From: Mytilus trossulus
Lineage: Eukaryota
Reading direction: 5' to 3'
DNA: 64,000 bases
Assembly: GCF_036588685.1 (NCBI RefSeq)
Contig: NC_086382.1
Span: 48,422,001 to 48,486,000 of the forward strand
Every line of letters starts with the position of its first letter. The first letter of the stretch is position 1. Made by a program: the position numbers and the translations under genes. Below are positions 60,729 to 64,000 of the stretch, piece by piece. Below the pieces are notes generated by a model. That model was not told the DNA's origin. It searched no databases and was given only the letters and a program-made list of their open reading frames with translations.

Positions 60729-60878
60729 CTACATTAGAAAATGCCTATACCAAGTCAGGAATATGACAGTTCTTGTCCATTCGTTTTTGATGCGTTTTGT
60801 ATTTTAATTTTGCCATGACATTATGGACTTTCCGAATTGATTTTCCTCCAAGTTCAGTTTTTTTGTAATTCATTTTTT
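60729..60878 (+). repeat. 3' block of a dispersed repeat family
   Basis: CAAGTCAGGAAT.TGACA...GGACTTTCC...AGTTCAGTTTTTTTGT.ATT also occurs at ~35500-35625, ~36533-36660 and, reversed, ~38620-38745. Confidence 0.6.
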
Positions 60879-63800
60879 TAACAGACCAAGAAACTGATAA
60901 TAAACGATTAAAATACTAGTAAATTCATATTTTTTTTTAAAGCTAACACGCTTTTATTTTTGGCATTTTTTTGGTGTGTAGACAAATGGAAGTAGGTTCT
61001 TAAACATGTTAAAACTTGGTATTGAAGACTTGATCACTATAATAGGCCGATAGTCTAAATACCACAGGTGAAGACAGTCGGTAAGATACATTCGTTACAC
61101 GATGTGATAATAACCTAATACAATATACATGGGGGCAGTAATTTCCATTTGGTGATTCGAGCTTCGCTTTCACCCCATATGGAATTTACTGACCCCATAT
61201 GCATCATCAGGAATTGTCGTATTTGTCACTATAGGAAATTCTGAGATCAAGAATATTTTTGTCATAATTAAATTCTAATCGACCAATTTGCTGAGAACAG
61301 ATTTTTTGCTAGTGAGGAGAATTTTTTTTTTCATACCGTTCAAGAAATAGTATTATGGCACAAAAATTAGAGAATCATGCTTCTACAAACAATTCCTACT
61401 GTTGGATTTTATTCAGTATGAACATGATATATATTTGACCAATTTAGGAATCTGTAAAACTATTTGTATCTGACAGTATTTCAACATAAAAAATAAATAA
61501 AATAAAAGCTTATATATTCATAAGACTTTTCAGTCAAGCGCAGAGAAAACATATAAATACATGTACTATGAAATGATATCACCACTCAACCACAGTAAAA
61601 ACATAGATATACATGTATTTTGAAATGATATCACTTAACATTCCACTTCAAGTACGCATTAGACATACATCAGGGTACAAATAAATGACTAAGTCCTTAA
61701 TTTAGAATGAAATGGAAGTGTATTGCTATTAGAAAAGAAATAGGGGATCTATACGATGGTGTTATTCAATCATAATTATAAATCTGTTGACTATTGACAT
61801 AAATTGGTTGATTAAGGAAAAGTTGCGGTTGCAAGTTTTTTCTATCTCATGTTTTAAGAAGAATAATAAGTTCAATACATCTTGCATTGTTTACATTGGG
61901 TTTTTTTAAAGTCTTTTCGTCTGCTAATCTAATGGTAGCGTAGCTTATCTTATAACGAGCTCAAATAGAATGAGATTAAATGCTGTATAATAAAGTCTAA
62001 AAGAACCGTCACAGATTATCTTCATGCATTTAACTATGTAGACTATATTCATAAGAATTTAGGCACTTTTAAATGTAAATAGTTGCATATATTTTAAAGT
62101 TCAAACCTGATTTAAGATAACGGTTCCTTAATAATCTTAATTGGTTTAATAACCTGCCACATTAGTAAACAATACATGGTAGTACTGAATTAGTTAAGGT
62201 GTGGGTGTCTAAAAAAGATAGAATCTAAAGCGCATATGCATTCACTCCTTTTTAGTTGAAAGTGCAATTAACGTTACACAGTTTATATGCAATAAGCTAG
62301 TGTATTAATTATTACATTTCTTGTAAATTGCAAATACGACTCAGACTTGTGGCGATGAATGTATACACTCTGACTACCTGTAGTTCATTTCTATCTATAT
62401 AACAACGGTCTGAAAGACAAGCATTGCATAGATTTTGCGATGCTAGTTGAGTTTTTTTCTATCATCCATGCCTCAATATTACCCGCTTTGAAGGCTCACA
62501 TTTTGTTATTCGCAGTAATTGTTTATTATTTCCACACTAATGGTTTTCTATTAGCGGTATAGGGGCCTCAGTTGCCAATTGGTTTAAGCCGTTCAAATCA
62601 CGTCGTTTAGTTTTGTTATTGTCTCGGCATAACACTATAATTTACGTTTCATTACTTAAAAAAAATTATACTGTACTAATCTAAAAACATATAAGAAAAA
62701 ATATCAGAAAAAAATGAGTCCTGTTTCTAGCTTAAAAAAAATTACCCCCCTTATCTTTAGCAGACACCGTTATTTTACAACATGTACAATGTACAGTATA
62801 ATATCCATCTATAAGTCAAATAATCCAATACTAAAGATTTAAAGGACATGAATGAATACTTATTTCGTTAAAACATAAAATTATCATTCAAAGTCTAGAT
62901 ACGAAATTCATGCAAATAGAAATATAGATTTCATCATTACAAATGTGTTACTATATTTCTACACTTGAGACTGTTAAAATCTAATGTTCAAAGCGTGAGC
63001 TTTTGTTATACATGTAATCAAAATTTATCTGTTGAGAAGATAGAAGTATAGAAGAGAAATATCGTAATACACGAGTTGTAGTGTTGGAATCTGTTTCTCT
63101 TCGAATTTTTATCCTTCCTTTTTCAAAGATTGCAGAAAAGTTGTGTTCGTTATATGTGACGTCATCAGGCATTGTCGTATTTGTCAGGACGTCAAAATAA
63201 GAAATTCAGAAGAAATCACCAGATTCAATGTCATAATTAAATTACGACCAATCATTTGCTGACAATGGATATTTCGCTAGTGAGGAGACATATTTTTCTC
63301 GCATCGCTCAAGAAATGTGAAAATATTACACAAAATAGAGAATCATGCTTCTACAATCAATCCCTACTGTTGGATAATTTTCAGTATGAACATTATAAAT
63401 ATTTGACCAATTTAGGAATCTGTACAGCTAGTTGTATCTTACAGTATTAAAATATGAATAAAAATAGCTCTATACACTTATAAAAAAAATCAACCCAACT
63501 GCAGGGGAAAACAAAGATATTCATCTATATACTATACATTCAGCTCTAAGTACTCATTAGACATACAACAGGGTACAAATTAATGACTAAGTCCTTAATT
63601 TAGATGGAAATGGAAGTGTATTGCTATAAAAAAAAAAGAAATAGGAGAGCTAAACGATGGCATTATGCAAAAATAATTATAAATCTGATTACTATTGACA
63701 TATATTGATTGATTTAGGAAAAGTTGCGGTTGCTAATGTTGTATCGTTTTTAAAAAGATTATTAAGTTAATAAATTCTGTAGAGTTTACATTTAATTTTT

Positions 63801-64000
63801 TTAATTTTTTTCGTCTACTAGTTTAGGGTAGCACAGTTTATCTTTTAACCGATACGCTTGAATGAAATTACATAAACTGCATAATAATAAAGTCTGAATG
63901 ATCCGTTACGGATTATCATAATGCATTTAATTATGAGGACTATATTTTGTCGCCAGCCATAAGAATTTGTGCACTTTTAAATGTAAATAGTTGCATATAT

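Larger units (their letters stand above)
58779..64000 (+). repeat. Three diverged direct copies of a ~0.9-kb non-coding unit (~58779-59690, ~61371-62228, ~63340->64000)
   Basis: Shared anchors in the same order: AGAATCATGCTTCTACAA, TTCAGTATGAACAT, CAGGGTACAAAT.AATGACTAAGTC, ATAATTATAAATCTG, GCACTTTTAAATG.AAATAGTTGCATA. Copies 2 and 3 also share ~170 bp upstream (61204 and 63163). Confidence 0.85.

Overview
AT-rich eukaryotic genomic DNA with GT-AG spliceosomal introns. It is probably a bivalve mollusc such as Mytilus, inferred only from the character of the repeat families. (1) 1-6.85 kb: a probable non-autonomous LTR element on the minus strand (LTR, PBS-like site, PPT). A young, 5'-truncated L1/Tx1 LINE with an intact ORF2, poly(A) tail and 13-bp TSD has inserted into it, fused in frame to an ATG supplied by the LTR element. 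(2) 7.3-33.1 kb: six tandem, same-strand, spliced genes for small proteins (109-202 aa) that the ORF track shows only as fragments. All share a LURAP1/FAM89-like leucine-heptad domain, five also share a C-terminal N[VI]K[LM]WK-type motif, and they show three different intron patterns. (3) 39.8-50.0 kb: a nest of elements. A dispersed repeat is split by a decayed CR1/L2-group LINE. The LINE is interrupted by a hammerhead-ribozyme retrozyme unit, a local templated duplication, and a near-intact Ngaro-type tyrosine-recombinase retrotransposon with split direct repeats whose gag and pol are joined by an in-frame UGA-CUAG readthrough signal. (4) 58.8-64 kb: a roughly 0.9 kb non-coding unit present three times, plus a 26-bp minisatellite. 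MITE, SINE and HINE-like repeats are scattered throughout.
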